This document shows, in pieces, positions 13,101 to 25,681 of a stretch of DNA of 64,000 nt. Origin of the DNA: Tubiluchus corallicola (taxonomy: Eukaryota > Animalia > Priapulida). A model generated the notes under the pieces. The model was not told the origin of the DNA, did no database searches, and saw nothing but the letters and a program-made list of their open reading frames with translations. How positions within the stretch are numbered: position 1 is the stretch's first letter; each line of letters opens with the position of its first letter. Location: contig JAQGDQ010000055.1 of NCBI GenBank assembly GCA_030141605.1, positions 186,001-250,000 of the forward strand, in the 5' to 3' direction. A program made the position numbers and the translations under genes.

Positions 13101-14146
13101 GAAATTTACGGAAAAAGTCACAAATTCTTTTCGTTATCTGTATTTATTAAATCTCAATGTTTTTATAGTGAATATAGATTAAGTTTTTTTTTGTAGCTGT
13201 GAAAGCCAAAAACCTTGTTACCCTCAGTGTGGACGGTGTCCTGGTTAATCCAGACATTGGCCAGGCTGCGGTAACGTCTACAGATACTGATGATCCGCTG
13301 TATATTGGTGGCATCCCAGGTGGGTAATAAAACTTCTCTGTATTACAGGTAGAATAAAAAGCAAAATAATTACAGATTTTTTGGGTAATAGTATTTTGTA
13401 TATTTCTGAGTTGTCACTCTCAAAAATAATTTTGATGATAGCATTGGAGATGTGTGAATTAGTCTTGTGATTAAATTTTCTTTTATAGTTATTTATAGTA
13501 TACAAAATGGTGCCAAAGAAATCATGTGCTTGATTTCTGTGCCTTAATTTAGTCCAGTTTTCTAAATCTGTATCAGTATTTATATAAATCGACATCAATC
13601 TTTCCAAGTTGAAATGTGTCTTTAATTTTAATATTACAGTGATGTAATTCTAATATTTTTGATTTTTAGCACTGAGAAACACAGGGTCTTTCTGTATTTG
13701 CCAATATTTTTCTAACTAGTAGCTTATGTTTGCTGAATTGCTATATATAGTTTACATTGTACAGTATAGTGAATGTAGTATATACATGTATATATAGTCT
13801 AATATACATATATATATATATATACAATCAGTAAACATAAGATGTTAGTTAGCTAAACTCAATTACTATCAAAAAATGTGGATAACTATTTCCACACAGC
13901 TAAAAATTCTTATTTTGGCATAAAAAGTAACATGGGTACCACAAATACTCGTATCTACAGTTATCCGTGGTTAAGTGTTTTACTCTTGTTTTCATTTTAG
14001 ATATTCCAAATGCACCAGGAATTTTAACTGATGAACATTTTGTCGGCTGCATCAGGGATGTTTACTTTGAGCAGAAGATACAGACGTTGGCAGATGCGAC
14101 GACGGTCGTAGGTGGCGTCACTCTCAACAGTTGTCCGACTACGTAA
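1160..14146 (+). CDS. LanA: Laminin subunit alpha (alpha-3/5, LanA type), 3' part: last 15 exons encoding C-terminal LG domains (about LG2 part, LG3, linker, LG4, LG5); 5' part lies outside the window
   Basis: GT-AG exons joined by hand in consistent phase: 1160-1331, 2526-2616, 3607-3724, 4227-4373, 4925-5085, 5879-6061, 7772-7881, 8065-8197, 9190-9379, 11320-11484, 11644-11794, 12119-12217, 12740-12880, 13197-13319, 14001-14146 (2130 nt, 709 aa plus TAA). Repeated LamG motifs (FRT..DG..FY, YNDGxWH, YIGG, FxGCI), a linker followed by CVLP...QFG..SRQEF, and the laminin-type end GVTLNSCPTT*. Confidence 0.93.
1524..2071 (+). mobile_element. TTAA-flanked Kolobok/T2-like MITE, family A
   Basis: Begins TTAAAGGAAAACC and ends TTTTCCTTTAA; internal sequence is shared with 7 other copies in the window. 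Confidence 0.8.
4500..4608. mobile_element. Small TIR element with internal degenerate (CCCTAA)n repeats
   Basis: 17-bp inverted repeats TTACAATTCCCCGCACA / TGTGTGGGGAATTGTAA (1 mismatch) enclose CCCTAACCCCAACCCAAGCCCTAACCGTAACTCTAATCCTAATCC. Confidence 0.6.
4715..4880 (-). mobile_element. SINE with chimeric tRNA A-box / 5S rRNA-like head
   Basis: Minus strand reads TAGCTGAGTGGTT...CAAAGTTAAGCAAAGTCAGGTCCGGTTAGTTAATAGATAGGTGAC, resembling a tRNA A box followed by the 5S internal control region. A second copy is at 35245. Confidence 0.5.
6315..6821 (+). mobile_element. TTAA-flanked Kolobok-like MITE, family B
   Basis: TTAAAGCACAAGAAAA ... TTTTCTTCCCCTTTAA; homologous to the copies at 18856, 40723, 41555, 58141 and 59050. 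Confidence 0.75.
7436..7614. mobile_element. Degenerate Tc1/mariner(pogo)-like MITE
   Basis: Imperfect inverted termini CACTCAAACCTC.. / ..GAGATTTGTCTGTA. Confidence 0.35.
9683..10168. mobile_element. TIR element with 5-bp target-site duplication (CCATC), nested
   Basis: Termini CTGGGTTTC.. / ..GGGAACCCTG, flanked on both sides by CCATC (9678-9682 and 10169-10173); internal GGAAAA-rich subterminal repeats. Confidence 0.65.
10560..11188. mobile_element. TA-flanked pogo/Tigger-like MITE inserted in the right TIR of the 9411 element
   Basis: TA-CAGTAAATTGTGTATACCTCGA ... TTGAGTTGTACGTAGTTTACTG-TA. Confidence 0.6.
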
Positions 14147-14200
14147 ATCAGTACATCGCGCTAGTTTGGAGTCATTAAGTTCAATCTGCTTTTCCATATA

Positions 14201-14589
14201 CAGTGGGCGCCGCTTAATAGACTCACTTTGGGACTGAAGTGCTTTGACCCAATTAACCACAAAATCTATTAACGGACAGATGTATTATTATTGGTATGGT
14301 AGTTTGAGTATATTCTGCATATACTATAGAATATTGTATTATTCTACATATATTATAGTGCACAAAAATGACTTAAGATGACATAAAAGTAGCAAAAGCT
14401 CATAGGACACACAAAAGTGTCTTTTGAAACACATGAATGAAAAATATTGAGTCAATTACGTGGAGTTATTTGAGTCAGTTGCCAACAATTTTTATATACA
14501 TTTGAATAGGAATGAACCGCACCAAGTGTTTTTGAGTCAATTAAGCGATTGAGTCTATTAAGCGTGAGTCTAATAAACGTCTCCTACTG
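14201..14589. mobile_element. TA-flanked pogo/Tigger-like MITE in the laminin 3' UTR region
   Basis: TIRs CAGTGGGCGCCGCTTAATAGACTCA / TGAGTCTAATAAACGTCTCCTACTG, with TA on both sides; starts 54 nt after the stop codon. Confidence 0.7.
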
Positions 14590-16150
14590 TATTCCACATG
14601 ACAGTAAAAAGTGAAAGTTTATAATAAAGTAAAAATTTTAGGCAGTTTGAAGGGAAACCAGCGGCTACAGTGAAACATACAAATTGTGTGATTTGGCTTG
14701 AACCCCTGCAGCACAGAAGGTCTTTGTGGCCAAATGATGCTATTTTAAAGTTATTGCTAAGCGTATGTTTCACAGGCAAATTCAAACATAAAACCAGCAT
14801 CTATTGACAACTAAATCTTTGTTTCCTGTCTAACTAATTATTCTTTTCCCTGATCATCAAGTGGGTTTTATATAAAATTTGCAGTTGAATTTCTTTGGAA
14901 AACTTCCAACTAGTTGTATGCGAGACTGATAGTGCATTTTTACAAACACTGCCTTTTAAACTCTGTTCTTACTTATCATTTTCGTAGCGCTGTTTGTAAT
15001 GTTTTTACCCATGATGTGGTCTCTTTGTTTACGAGATTTAGTAACTACTAAAACTAACCTCAGAATTCAATTTCATTTATATTGCTTATTATTGTTTGTT
15101 TTTCACAATCTACATCCAGTTTTGCTTTTTCTGGAAAATAATTGCCCAAAATACTAGTCGAAAAGAGGATCTCTATATTAATTTAATCGGAAAGCCGATC
15201 TCAAACAATAATCTATAGGTGCCAAACTTTTATCAGCAATTGTTTATGTGCCAAATTATTTTACTAAAAGTGTGTTAAAAAGTTTTTTACAATTTTGTTA
15301 CCTTTTTTAGATGTTGACAAAAAAAAATATTTTTCAATCACTGATCAAATATTTTGATGAAATGTTTTAAGGATGATTTACATGCAGTAATAGCGTTTTT
15401 ATACTCGTGCTCACTTAAGGGTGCTAAAAGTGCTTTTGTACTCACTTAAGGGTACTAAAAGTGCTTTTGAAATTTTAATTATGTCATCTTTTTAGAAATT
15501 TTAGCAAAAAATGAAATTATACAAAAATTGAAGGATTGTGTTGAAAAACAAATTTTCACTGGTTCAAGATTTACATTGGTTCTTTATTCATATTTGTATT
15601 TCTGAATAGTCTATTTATGGCCTTACAGTAATGTACTGTGCTAAATTCAGTTATGCACCTTTCATGATTTGAGTATTTATTCAATCTTCACTTTGAAATT
15701 TTTAATCATTGGACACAATATCCAATTTTAATAAACGAGTTTTTTTCTGCAAACTACCACACTTTTGTTTTTTATATATTTGTATGCATTTTTTGTTATA
15801 CTTTCCATTTGAAAATGATTGTTCTTACTGCGGCTTACAATTAAAAAACACGTTTTTAGAAAAATTATTAGTTAACTGTAGAATGACTATAAAATAATTA
15901 CTAAACACTTAAAACTAATTAAGCACACAAATTGTGATAATAAACTCCAGCAGACTACTGAGAAAGTTTTAATATCAAACTAGCAAAGGCCTTTGCAAAA
16001 AATTTTGCATATAAATACACAATCAATAATACGCGAACATCCTACATAGTCCTCATAACGCAAAGCCAGTAGCAGTATTTACTAAAGCAAAATTATAGGC
16101 AGAGTATAATGGAATGACGTGACAACTATGGCTTTGCGTCAGCAGTTTTA

Positions 16151-16683
16151 CTAGCGAGAATTGCCGAAAATGAATCCTCTAATCAACTCGTCGCCACTCT
16201 TGGTGTAGGCGTCCTAAACTGTAACCCACATTATCGTGTAGCCTATTCCTCCTCTTTCTGAAGATATATCTCCATCCGACAGTCCCACCAGGCGCCAGTA
16301 GAACGTTTTTCTACAGGCTTTTTGGTTAAAATTTCGAAAAACTCCGTGAAAACGTCCGTTATTGGATACATGGCTCTCCTGCGAATTCTAAATCTCCTGC
16401 TACACCCACCGTTAGACGTGCTATCCAACCATTATCGGCACCTTACCAGGCACATTCCCGTTCTCTAAAAATTTGCAAAAAACTGGCAAAAAGGGCCATT
16501 TTGGAGGTTTTTCGCCCCCGGTTCATTTCGCTGGGCCCAATTTAAAAAATAAGTCATCAAACAGCCGACACTGGATCGAGACCTTTCGTTTAAAATACAG
16601 TTCGCCGAGAATGGTGCCGTCGTTGGAACTGTAGCCTCGAATCTTATTATATACCACACCACCGAAATTAATATCATAGCAGA
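16151..16683 (-). mobile_element. Non-autonomous Helitron
   Basis: On the minus strand it begins TC (TCTGCTATGATATTAA), ends CTAG after an imperfect hairpin (GAGGATT..AATTCTC), sits between A and T with no TSD, and is GC-richer than its flanks. Confidence 0.55.
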
Positions 16684-17289
16684 TGCTATTTGGAATTTTT
16701 ACTGTGTTGTTTTTACTGAAATATTAACAGATAATAATTATTATGTGTTGATTCTTGGTTTCAGTTTTTTAATGGTCACAAAGGCTAACCTGCATATCCT
16801 TCAATTGCAAATTATTTTGTTATAAACTAGATGAAAATTAATTTAAATTATAATGCAGCTGAGGGCGAATGAACGTTTATAATACTTAATAGTTAGGCCA
16901 GTATCGATCTCTAGTTTACAAGTAGAACTGATGTGTTCGTGATAAGACTGACTGTCCATCTAATAACTCTACGAGATCCTTCAGCAATAACAAGCTCCAG
17001 TACACAATCATTCATTCCCTTGCATCTCAAAGAGCAGGTACAGGATACAAACCTACCTGTCCTCCAGCCAACGTCACTGTAAAACTGACAGTAAATCTGC
17101 CTTCTCGACAGTAAACGCTGCCGTTACACATCGGGATTACTCTATAAAAATCAACACTATTCATGCTGATGTTAAAATTTACTTTATTGACAAGCAAATA
17201 CAGCTACCAATACGTCACAGACTCATAATTACGGTAAGTATATAATTTCGGTTGTAACTGTCGTACATAAGTATCATGTGAATAAACAT

Positions 17290-17982
17290 CGCCATTAGGA
17301 GGAAGTCAAATACTTAGGAATTGATAAACTCTGATAAAATTTTTAAAATGGACATTGCTATAAATAAAAGCAAATTTTATGCATCATTGAGCTCGATATT
17401 GTCAACTCTAGGAAGGAGATGTAACGACATAGTGTCCAAAACGCTGATAAATTCATATTGTTTACCAATTTTGTTATACGCAGTTAATATAGAAGTTAAT
17501 TCATTTTCTTCTGAGCAAGAAAATATTTTATAAGTTTGCTGCAACACAGCTTATAGAAAGATTTTTAATTATGTAATTAGTAATTGTTTAATTAAGTAAT
17601 GAGAGTGTCAAGGTTTTAATGAATTACTGTGGTACTATGCCTGCAAACTGATTGTAGAATTCAAAACTCGAGCATTCAGTTAACGTTGTATTTAACTAAC
17701 TATAGTCATTGTCACTTAAGAAGAAAGTATGGCTTATCTTTAACATAAATGTTAAAAAATGTTATTAATGATTTTAATGTGTGTTTACAAGATTATCTGT
17801 GAAATACATGTGAAAACTTTATGTATGATTACGTACGATCATTGTCATTTTTAAAAATTGTTTATTTTATATATGCTAATTTCTTTCTTTTTTGTGCGTC
17901 TTTATACTAACTTTTCCTTGTTTTTTTTGTGTAAATGAATATATGTGCTGTATCTATATGTAAATAAAATAATAATAATAAC
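17290..17982 (+). mobile_element. 5'-truncated non-LTR retrotransposon remnant (post-RT region plus 3' tail)
   Basis: Frameshifted KYLGI...KSKFYASL...LINSYCLPILLYAV...NTAYRKIF...ESVKV..YCG; ends in AATAAA(TAA)n. Confidence 0.7.
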
Positions 17983-18855
17983 TACTAAAATTAAGACAAA
18001 TGGCAGTACAGAGAGTTGAAATGTCTGTTTTTGCGCCTTAACTAGTCTTCTCTAGTCCTGTTTTTAGTCTAGAGTTAAAATTCTTATTAAATAAGTCTAT
18101 TGCTTCAAGTATTACCACATTCGATAGATTTATTGAAACTCTGATTACTACGTCACGCAATGTATTATCATTATTCTTAACTTTCGAGAACAAATCGTCT
18201 CTTTCAGCCCTTGCTCTGATCAGCTTTATTTAATCTTACCAAATGATCACTCAACTTGTACGTCATCAGCGAGTATTATTTCGCCCAGCACATGGCTTCA
18301 TCTAATACGGCTGATTTGGTGCCGGTCTGGCTTCTTTACCTGATAAGGGCATTTTTGATCGAGCAGGTAGCACGATTGCCTACCTGGCAATTGAAACTTT
18401 AGCCGCGGGATTTCGCCGATTTCATTAACTCGATTTGCCCGGTAACAAAAGCTGATTGAATTGAAGAAAATTGTGGAAAATTACACAAACATCGCCTGAT
18501 GTAAACTTTTGGTTTTCTCCATTTAGACTGATTTAGTGAGTTGTTGAAACTGTTAGTAGCCAACTCTAAGCTCATAAATTGTAACAGTTTTTACGTATTT
18601 GACATATTGAGTAACAGCATTTGTTTGTTATTAAAATTTACCGTTATCACGAATGTTAGTGTTGATTTTTGTAGACGCAAGAACTATTAATTTTGCTATG
18701 TGTTAGGTATATGAAACTTCTCGGCCTTTCTCTGCAGTAAAACACGGTTTTTGGTCGTGAGGCTTGCAATATTATTTTAGCATTTGTCTTTTCTTTGTGA
18801 AGTTATGTGATCGCGTATAATAATAAAATATGCACTTGAATTATTTGACCTTGAG

Positions 18856-19481
18856 TTAAAGCACAGAAAACCCTCCACTTACATAAAGCTTAAAATATTC
18901 GTCTTGAAATTTTATGGCACTTACGTATTGCCTTTTTGCTCACAGGGCTTGCGTCGGCAATAACGCTGTACAAACTCCGGCGATGACCGTTAGACGCAGC
19001 CATTTTGACGATAAGTCATTTGAAACAAGTTTAGATAGCACTGAGTAAGCTCAGCATTCGCAGCTCACACGTCACTAACTAAGTAAAATTTTAAATGACT
19101 TTATCTTGTTAATAAGTTTAAAAATACGTTTTTTAGCTAGTGAGTGGATGCACCCTGTAGGTGATTCAACGATATTTTACCAATTGCTGAAAACGTTTTA
19201 AATTACTAATAATTTTCTTTTCTAGTTACATAAGTCTTTCAAGCAGGTAAGTGAAATTCTAAGTAATATAATTCTACATAGAAAGATTTTTGGGGCATAA
19301 TTTAACCTAGCATTTTCTTCATCTAATTTACGTTGTAGGTATATGAGGTCATGTAATGGTGCGGTCGGAACTGTATTGCGGGAGATTTAAAATGAAATCA
19401 AACAAAAATCCTTTCAACGCTTAGTTTTTTAAGACGATTTTTCTGAAACGTACTTTAGGTGCCCATTTTCATGTTCTTTAA
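18856..19481 (+). mobile_element. Kolobok-like MITE, family B (long form)
   Basis: TTAAAGCACAGAAAA ... TTTTCATGTTCTTTAA; colinear with 40723-41403. Confidence 0.75.
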
Positions 19482-19484
19482 AAG

Positions 19485-20090
19485 ACTAGAGCGGAATGGC
19501 TACTCGTCTGGATGTTGTCGTTGGGATGACCTTTTGGAAAAACAGCGAAGGTTCCGCGAATTCGAAATTGATCGTTATGAAATTTCGCAGGAATATACTA
19601 GAACAAATTCTGCATCAACTGACATAGTCGGGTTTTCGATGAGCCATTTGAATTCAAGATGGCGGCAATAACCGTTTGGAAAAACCATAGGCTCTGCCAA
19701 TCCAAGAAGACGAATTGCGATAAAACTTTGGAAAAAATACCAGAACGTGCTCTACATCGACTGACGAAGTGCTATTTTCGAACCGCCATTTCGAATTCAA
19801 GATGGTGGCGATGACATCTTTTCAAAAAAGCCTACGGCTCTACCAATTTGTAATAGATCGTCATGAAAGTCTATAGGAACGTATCAGAGTGAATTCTGCA
19901 TTGCCTGACAGAGTCGGATTTTTTTTATCTACCATCATGAAGTCAAAATGACGGCATTGGCGTCTTTTTTAAAAAAGTTAAAAATCGAAACATAAAAATT
20001 TAAACCTGAGAACGAATGTACTAGAACAAATATCACATCTATTTACGGAGTTCCACAAGCTCTAGTTCAGCGAGCAACTCGACTAATAGT
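19485..20090 (+). mobile_element. Helentron-associated (HINE-like) element with about 145-bp internal tandem repeats
   Basis: Subterminal inverted repeats ACTAGAGC (19485) / GCTCTAGT (20059), 3' mini-hairpin CGAG-CAA-CTCG, and 3-4 diverged units marked by AATTCAAGATGGCGGC-like motifs at about 19651, 19794 and 19941. Confidence 0.55.
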
Positions 20091-20439
20091 TAGAGACGAA
20101 CTTGTTACATAGCTCCCTATGCATTTCCACACATAGGATCACACAGGTTCAAACACATTCATACAGGTTTAAATGGCTTCACACGGATTAACACTTCTTC
20201 AGACCGCTGTTGCGAATAAAAAGAAACACGTCAAGCTTCAATGCACTAAATTTTTGTCCTCTAAACGAAAAGCAGGATTCACATGTTTGCCAGGAAACAG
20301 TTCTGCTGATTCACGAAGGATATACAACTCGTTCCTCATTAAATACTCTAATGTGGTTTATATTAACATGTATGACATGTTTTTTTAATTTCAACTGAAT
20401 CTCTATTTTTAAATTTGTTTTGGCTTATACTAGTTACAC

Positions 20440-20740
20440 ACGGTAAAAAATCTGTCTGCAAAAAGCACCGGGCACAAAATATCAATCAAATTTTGACCAC
20501 ACGACAACTTCCGTATGAAGCAGCAACGTTAGTGGAAAAACTAAGTTTATTTTCACGTGACGTGACTAAACGATGACTTTTTATTGGTCTGACCTGGTAT
20601 TGTCTGATGCAAATTTTTGTATACGCTAAAGCAGGATCAGTTTGTCAGAGACTGAAAATTTAGCTCGTTTAATAAAAATTTGTGTGCAACAAAGTTGATA
20701 AAACAGTGTTTATCGAGCCTGCAGACGAGCAACAATCGAG
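20440..20740 (+). repeat. Interspersed repeat family C, copy 1
   Basis: Reverse-complement homology to 50790-51140 (TTGATAAAACAGTGTTTATCGAGCCTGCAGACGAG versus CTCGTCTGCCGGCTCGATAAACGCTGTTTTATCAA). Confidence 0.65.
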
Positions 20741-21037
20741 AAAAGGCGTTGGAAAGCAGGTGATGAGTAAATTGTGAAGATTAGCTGTTTATGAATCAAT
20801 TTTAACTTCCAAAAAATTGACAGCAACAATTGAACATACGCAGTCTGTTTAACTAAATTCACAAACAACCAATAAAATTGTATACATCATAATAATTTTT
20901 ATTAACATTTTCACTCATAAGTAAAGAATACCTAATTTTGTTCTCGTATTTCTGAGACAAAGAAAGCATGTTAAAAATAATTATTGGTATCCCTGAGCTA
21001 CGTAGTTTCGGATACTATTATCTTAATGAAAATAATG

Positions 21038-21666
21038 TTAAAGGATGACAAGATGTTTTTGCATATACTATCCCATTTTCAAGTCTGATAAAACGTGTGC
21101 ATTTTAACACAATTAATACTGCAAAAGCGTTTCTAATAATTAAATAATAGATTAAAAACTTAATTAACGTTGGGTGAGCCCAACTATTGATGACATCATG
21201 AATTAAATTAATTTTCAACATCAAAAATATTTCACGAGCGTGTTGCACGTGTTTGCGAAAGCGAAAATTGAAGTACAGTGCTACTCGGTGTGTTTTACTA
21301 AAGGTATGCATCTGTATGCGTATGTAAGATATTCGGTGTGTTGTACTAAAACTAGGCATGTTTTAAGAAAAAAATGAAAACTTAATTTTGAGCTGTCAAA
21401 CGTGTGCAGTTCGTCACAAACTAACACATCTGAACTGAGAAGTACAGCACCTGTTTTTTGTGCAGGCGCTAGTGCCCGTCTAACTAGCGAATGGCGAAAT
21501 GCATGTAACAGCGAAGAACTAGTGGCGCGAACGTGAAATTACTTTGGTGTGCTAATAATTGTTGCACGTAAGTCATTTTTAAAAAAAATAGCGTGTTTCC
21601 TTTCAATATTTTAAACAGTAGATTGTTTTGATCAACAGTTTAAGTTTGGGTCTGGTTTTCCTTTAA
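21038..21666 (-). mobile_element. Kolobok/T2-like MITE, family A (full length)
   Basis: TTAAAGGATGACAAG ... GGTTTTCCTTTAA; reverse orientation relative to the 1524 copy; about 310 bp upstream of the pentraxin TATA box. Confidence 0.8.
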
Positions 21667-21918
21667 TGTTGGTTGAATCAGATAGGCCTAAACGGTAATT
21701 TTCTTACACAAGAATAAACAAAAAATCGTGTTCGATATTATCGAAAATTGATAACGAACGATATAGTTTTAAGAAGGAGCACACTGACAGATAAGAACGG
21801 AAATATGAAACTTGTTTGTGTTTGTAGAAATGATAATTTACCTAATTGTCAACAGATCCGGGTTTTTAACCTCCAAGATAGCATGTCTGCTGAAAGAAAT
21901 GGCGAGAAAACATGGTTT

Positions 21919-21985
21919 GGAAAATTCCACCAAGACAAAGAAAGTCATTAAACTCAATAATTGAGGACAACTTCAAGTATAAAAG
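21919..21985 (+). promoter_or_regulatory. Putative pentraxin-1 promoter: Rel/NF-kB-like site and TATA box
   Basis: GGAAAATTCC at 21919-21928 and TATAAAAG at 21978-21985, 90 nt upstream of the ATG. The TATA box is conserved in the duplicate near 27184. Confidence 0.5.
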
Positions 21986-22067
21986 GTTTGCGCCTCAATG
22001 CTTGCGTATCATAAAACGCAAGAGCATTTTAAATGTAAATTATCTATACGTAAGCAAAAAAATCAAG

Positions 22068-24886
22068 ATGATGTTAATGTCAACGTTCATTATGGCTTCG
22101 CTACTTGTTCTTGGTAAGTTACTAAGTAATGTTAATGCTCAATTTTATGTAAGTCGTATTTGAGAAATCGGTATATATAGAAAAATATAACAAAGAAATT
22201 TGTACAAAACTATCTAAAAGCATAAATTTAAAATATACTACTTTTGAATAGTAATTTTCAGGCGTGGTGGTTGCTGCTATTCACTTGACAATTAGGACGT
22301 AACTGGCATTTCGTGACTTTTCGTAAGTGCATCGTGGCTTTCGGTAAGCGCGCGCTGCTTAAATTAATTCAAATTTATGCAGCTTACCTAATGTTCACGC
22401 AAAAATAGTACAAGATTAGCTATCTAGATTTTTTGTGAAAACTTATTATACTTCTCATGAAGATTGACAGCACGGTACTTTTCTTCAAGACGAATGACGT
22501 CATTGGAAAAAAATGGACATTGAAAATGGGAGCGCTCAAGCAAGAAGTGTTTGCAAGTTTAAAGTGATTTTACATACACAAGGTTCTTATTGCAGTTTTA
22601 TTACTAAAACCTTCTAACATTTTTCGCGAACATTGAAATAAGCTCAATTTCCTGGAGGCGTTTCCTTTAAGTTAAACGGTGAAATAAAAAATGGGTTAAA
22701 TTTGTAGGCTAAAATCTCAAATTTGTTTCTCACTTCACATCATATCACGCTAATGCCTTTATTCAATAAGTTAAAAAACACATAAAATTTGCACGCATTA
22801 GTGTAAAATACATTATACATACATATAAAATAATAAAACTACAATAAAAGCACTCAAGAAAGGGAGAGGATTATATTATTATTATTATGCCTTCATCGAG
22901 AAATGGAATTTTTTTATTTTATACAGGTGTAACTACACAAGATACGTTTGAGCTTTTGTTCACCAGACCAAAACAAACATCGGACTATTACATCAAGTAC
23001 GATGCATTTCCTTCTTCTATGTCGGCACTGTCTTTCTGCGCTTGGATCAGGACAACAGATACCAGACATCTTCTTTCTCTTGTTTCTTACGCTGTGTCAG
23101 GCAGTAATAATGAATTCCATTTTGCGATAACACCTACGAAAACAACAATATATATCAGCGACCAAAAGAGGTAGTAAACACGATTAATAGACCGGACAAA
23201 TTAACTCAGTCAAAACTAATATTTTTAAATGAAGAAAGAACGATTTTTCATGTATTATGCCATTTTCAAGTGCGACAAAAAGTACATATTTTAACACAAT
23301 TAGTACTAGAAAAGCGTTTCTGATAATTACATAATAGATTAAAAACTTAGTTAACAGCGAGCGAGCCCAACTGTTGATGACATCACAAACTAACATAATT
23401 TTCAACAACAAAAAATTTCACGAGCATGTTGCAAGTGTTTGCGAAAGCGAAAATTGAAGTACAGTGCTACTGTAAGATATTAAGTGTGTTGTCGAACGTG
23501 TGCAGTTCGTCACAAACGAATATCTCGCAATTGAGAGGTACAGCACCTGTTTTTTGTGCAATGCGTTTCCGAAATGCAGGTGCTAGTGCCCGTCTAACCC
23601 TCGAATGGCGAAATACACGTAACAGTGCAAAATAAAGCCCAATAAAAAGGAAAACGAACAGAACTGGCGCTTGAAATAATTTCTATTAAATATATTCAGT
23701 TTTGCGAATTAATGTCTACGTAATTTTCAAGCTCTCAAAAACTATTATTTTTTCAATCGATTATGCAGAACAGCAACATTAGATTTGGGTGTTTTTGATG
23801 GAGAATGGCACCATGTCTGCGTTACTTGGGAAAATAGAGACGGAAGATATGCAATGTATGTGGATGGGCGCCATATTTTTGGATCTACTGGATTTGAACG
23901 AAACAGTGTTGTGAGGGTAGGATAACTGACATAGTTTTAGACTTAGTCTAAATCTAACTAGACAAAGTTGTACTAATCAGATTCTGCACAGATAATCCAT
24001 TTGTTGCAAATTTGACTCTCGCTTCTGGTGTTTTGACGGTGTCTTATAATTAAATAAACAAATCCTTGGAAAATATGTGTGCTAAAACTAGCAAGTAGTC
24101 TTGATAAACTTTTCAGCTAGGTAGCTGCACGAAATTTTAGATCTTGCCGATGAATTGTGTGCTAAATTTACTAGCAATGGTTTGTAATTGTTGAATTATT
24201 AGTCATTGTCATTTATCTGTTTTACAGTATTGTGAAATTTATTGTGGAAAATGCGTTTAAATGGCCATGAATGTGGATTACGACAAAAAACTGTATCTAA
24301 CGTGTTTTCTCCAGGTCCATCCTGGAAGCTTTGCATGTTTTTCGGTCCTAGTTCTAAGGATAAGCAAAGTTGCTGACCGCTTGATGAGATCTTGAAATGA
24401 AGAAGAAATCTTTGATCAGAATCTGGACGTATTTTGAATTGCTGATACTTAAACGAAAAAAATAATAAGCTAAATTAGTATTTTAGCTAAGGAAAATAGT
24501 AATATTCTAAGATATCTAGATACTAGATATCTAGAAAATAGACGAACGTGTTATGAAATGTATATACACCTGCATCTAAAAACCTTTTTAATTCCCATCT
24601 AAAACTTTAGGGCGGAGGAGCACTTGTGATTGGTCAAGAACAAGACTCACATGGTGGAGGATTTGACCCAGATCAAATCTTTCTTGGGACCATGACTGAT
24701 GTGAACATTTACAGATATGTTTTATCATCGAATGATATCCGAGAAATGGCTACCAAATGTGTGAACAGGGAAGGCAATCTATGGAAATGGAGCAGTGTTA
24801 AAGGTGGATTACGAGGAAATGTTCAAATACTTCCGTCCAGTTGTAAACGTGGAATAGCAGTTGAGAATGAAAAAGACGGGAATTAA
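22068..24886 (+). CDS. Short secreted pentraxin (CRP/SAP-like), copy 1, intact, 237 aa
   Basis: Exons 22068-22113 (signal peptide MMLMSTFIMASLLVLG), 22927-23170, 23769-23916, 24611-24886 (714 nt, GT-AG, in phase). Motifs LSFCAWIR, SYA..NEF, pentraxin signature WHHVCVTWEN, and GGALVIGQEQDSHGGGFD. Confidence 0.92.
23225..23628 (-). mobile_element. Truncated family A MITE in pentraxin-1 intron 2
   Basis: Homologous to 21038-21666; one terminus missing. Confidence 0.75.
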
Positions 24887-25681
24887 TTTTTTGCATCTTA
24901 ATTGCGGTAGTTTGATTTTTGAAAATATGTTAATAGATGAAGCAATCGAAATTTTGTTTGACTGGTTCTGCGTTATTATGCATTTAATATCAATGCTTTG
25001 GCAAATGACATTAGCAGAAAATGCTTGTACAGTGAATCAAAATTAAACAGTAAGCACTTCAACAGAAATAATGTCCAGGTAACGTTTGTGAAGGACTGTC
25101 TCGTCAAAAAGAGATGAATTCAAGACACAAGACGGCATAAACCAAGCGTGCCGATCTAAAAGTATTTAAGTTTACTAGAGAGATTTACCAGATTATAATT
25201 ACATACATCTATGTTGAGTAAGAAGTCCTTTTTTATGGTAATAATAAAGGTAAATGTGAACTTCTCGTTTTGCTCAGAGAATCTTATGCTCCATAAGATA
25301 AGTGCACACTGTACAGGTACATGTATATGATTTTAAATTTGAATTCGCTCTTGTATTGAACATTTGTATTTGTGTGGAACAGTTAACCTCAATGTCCTGA
25401 AATATTTTACGATAACTAAACCTAATTATAATACATTTACTCATAAATACGTACACTAAAAATAATATTAGCAATAATATTGGTTGTACTCAATAATAAA
25501 TCATACAGTTTTAAAATACTTTGTTGCTGTTGATTTTTTTTACCTATAGTAGAAATTTCTTAATCAGATAAATGCATAAGCTTAAAAATACTAGAAAATA
25601 TTAAAGACAATTTTGTTGTCAACAATAATATCATTTAATTACAAAAATCGTTGACAATTTGCGCTTACATTAAGAGATAGT

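Noticed and set aside
15408-15470. Short tandem duplications of about 31 bp (also about 57850-57912, and a similar repeat at 45222-45295)
   Set aside because: Ordinary slippage duplications with no further structure.
14146-22068. Pentraxin exons as a read-through extension of laminin (both have LamG-like folds)
   Set aside because: Laminin has a normal C-terminus and stop, and the pentraxin has its own TATA box and signal-peptide exon; the adjacency appears coincidental.
24861-25046. Identical 61-aa ORF in both pentraxin 3' regions (also 30115-30300)
   Set aside because: It starts at TTG, has no recognisable motif, and its identity simply reflects the recent duplication or conversion of the 3' UTR.
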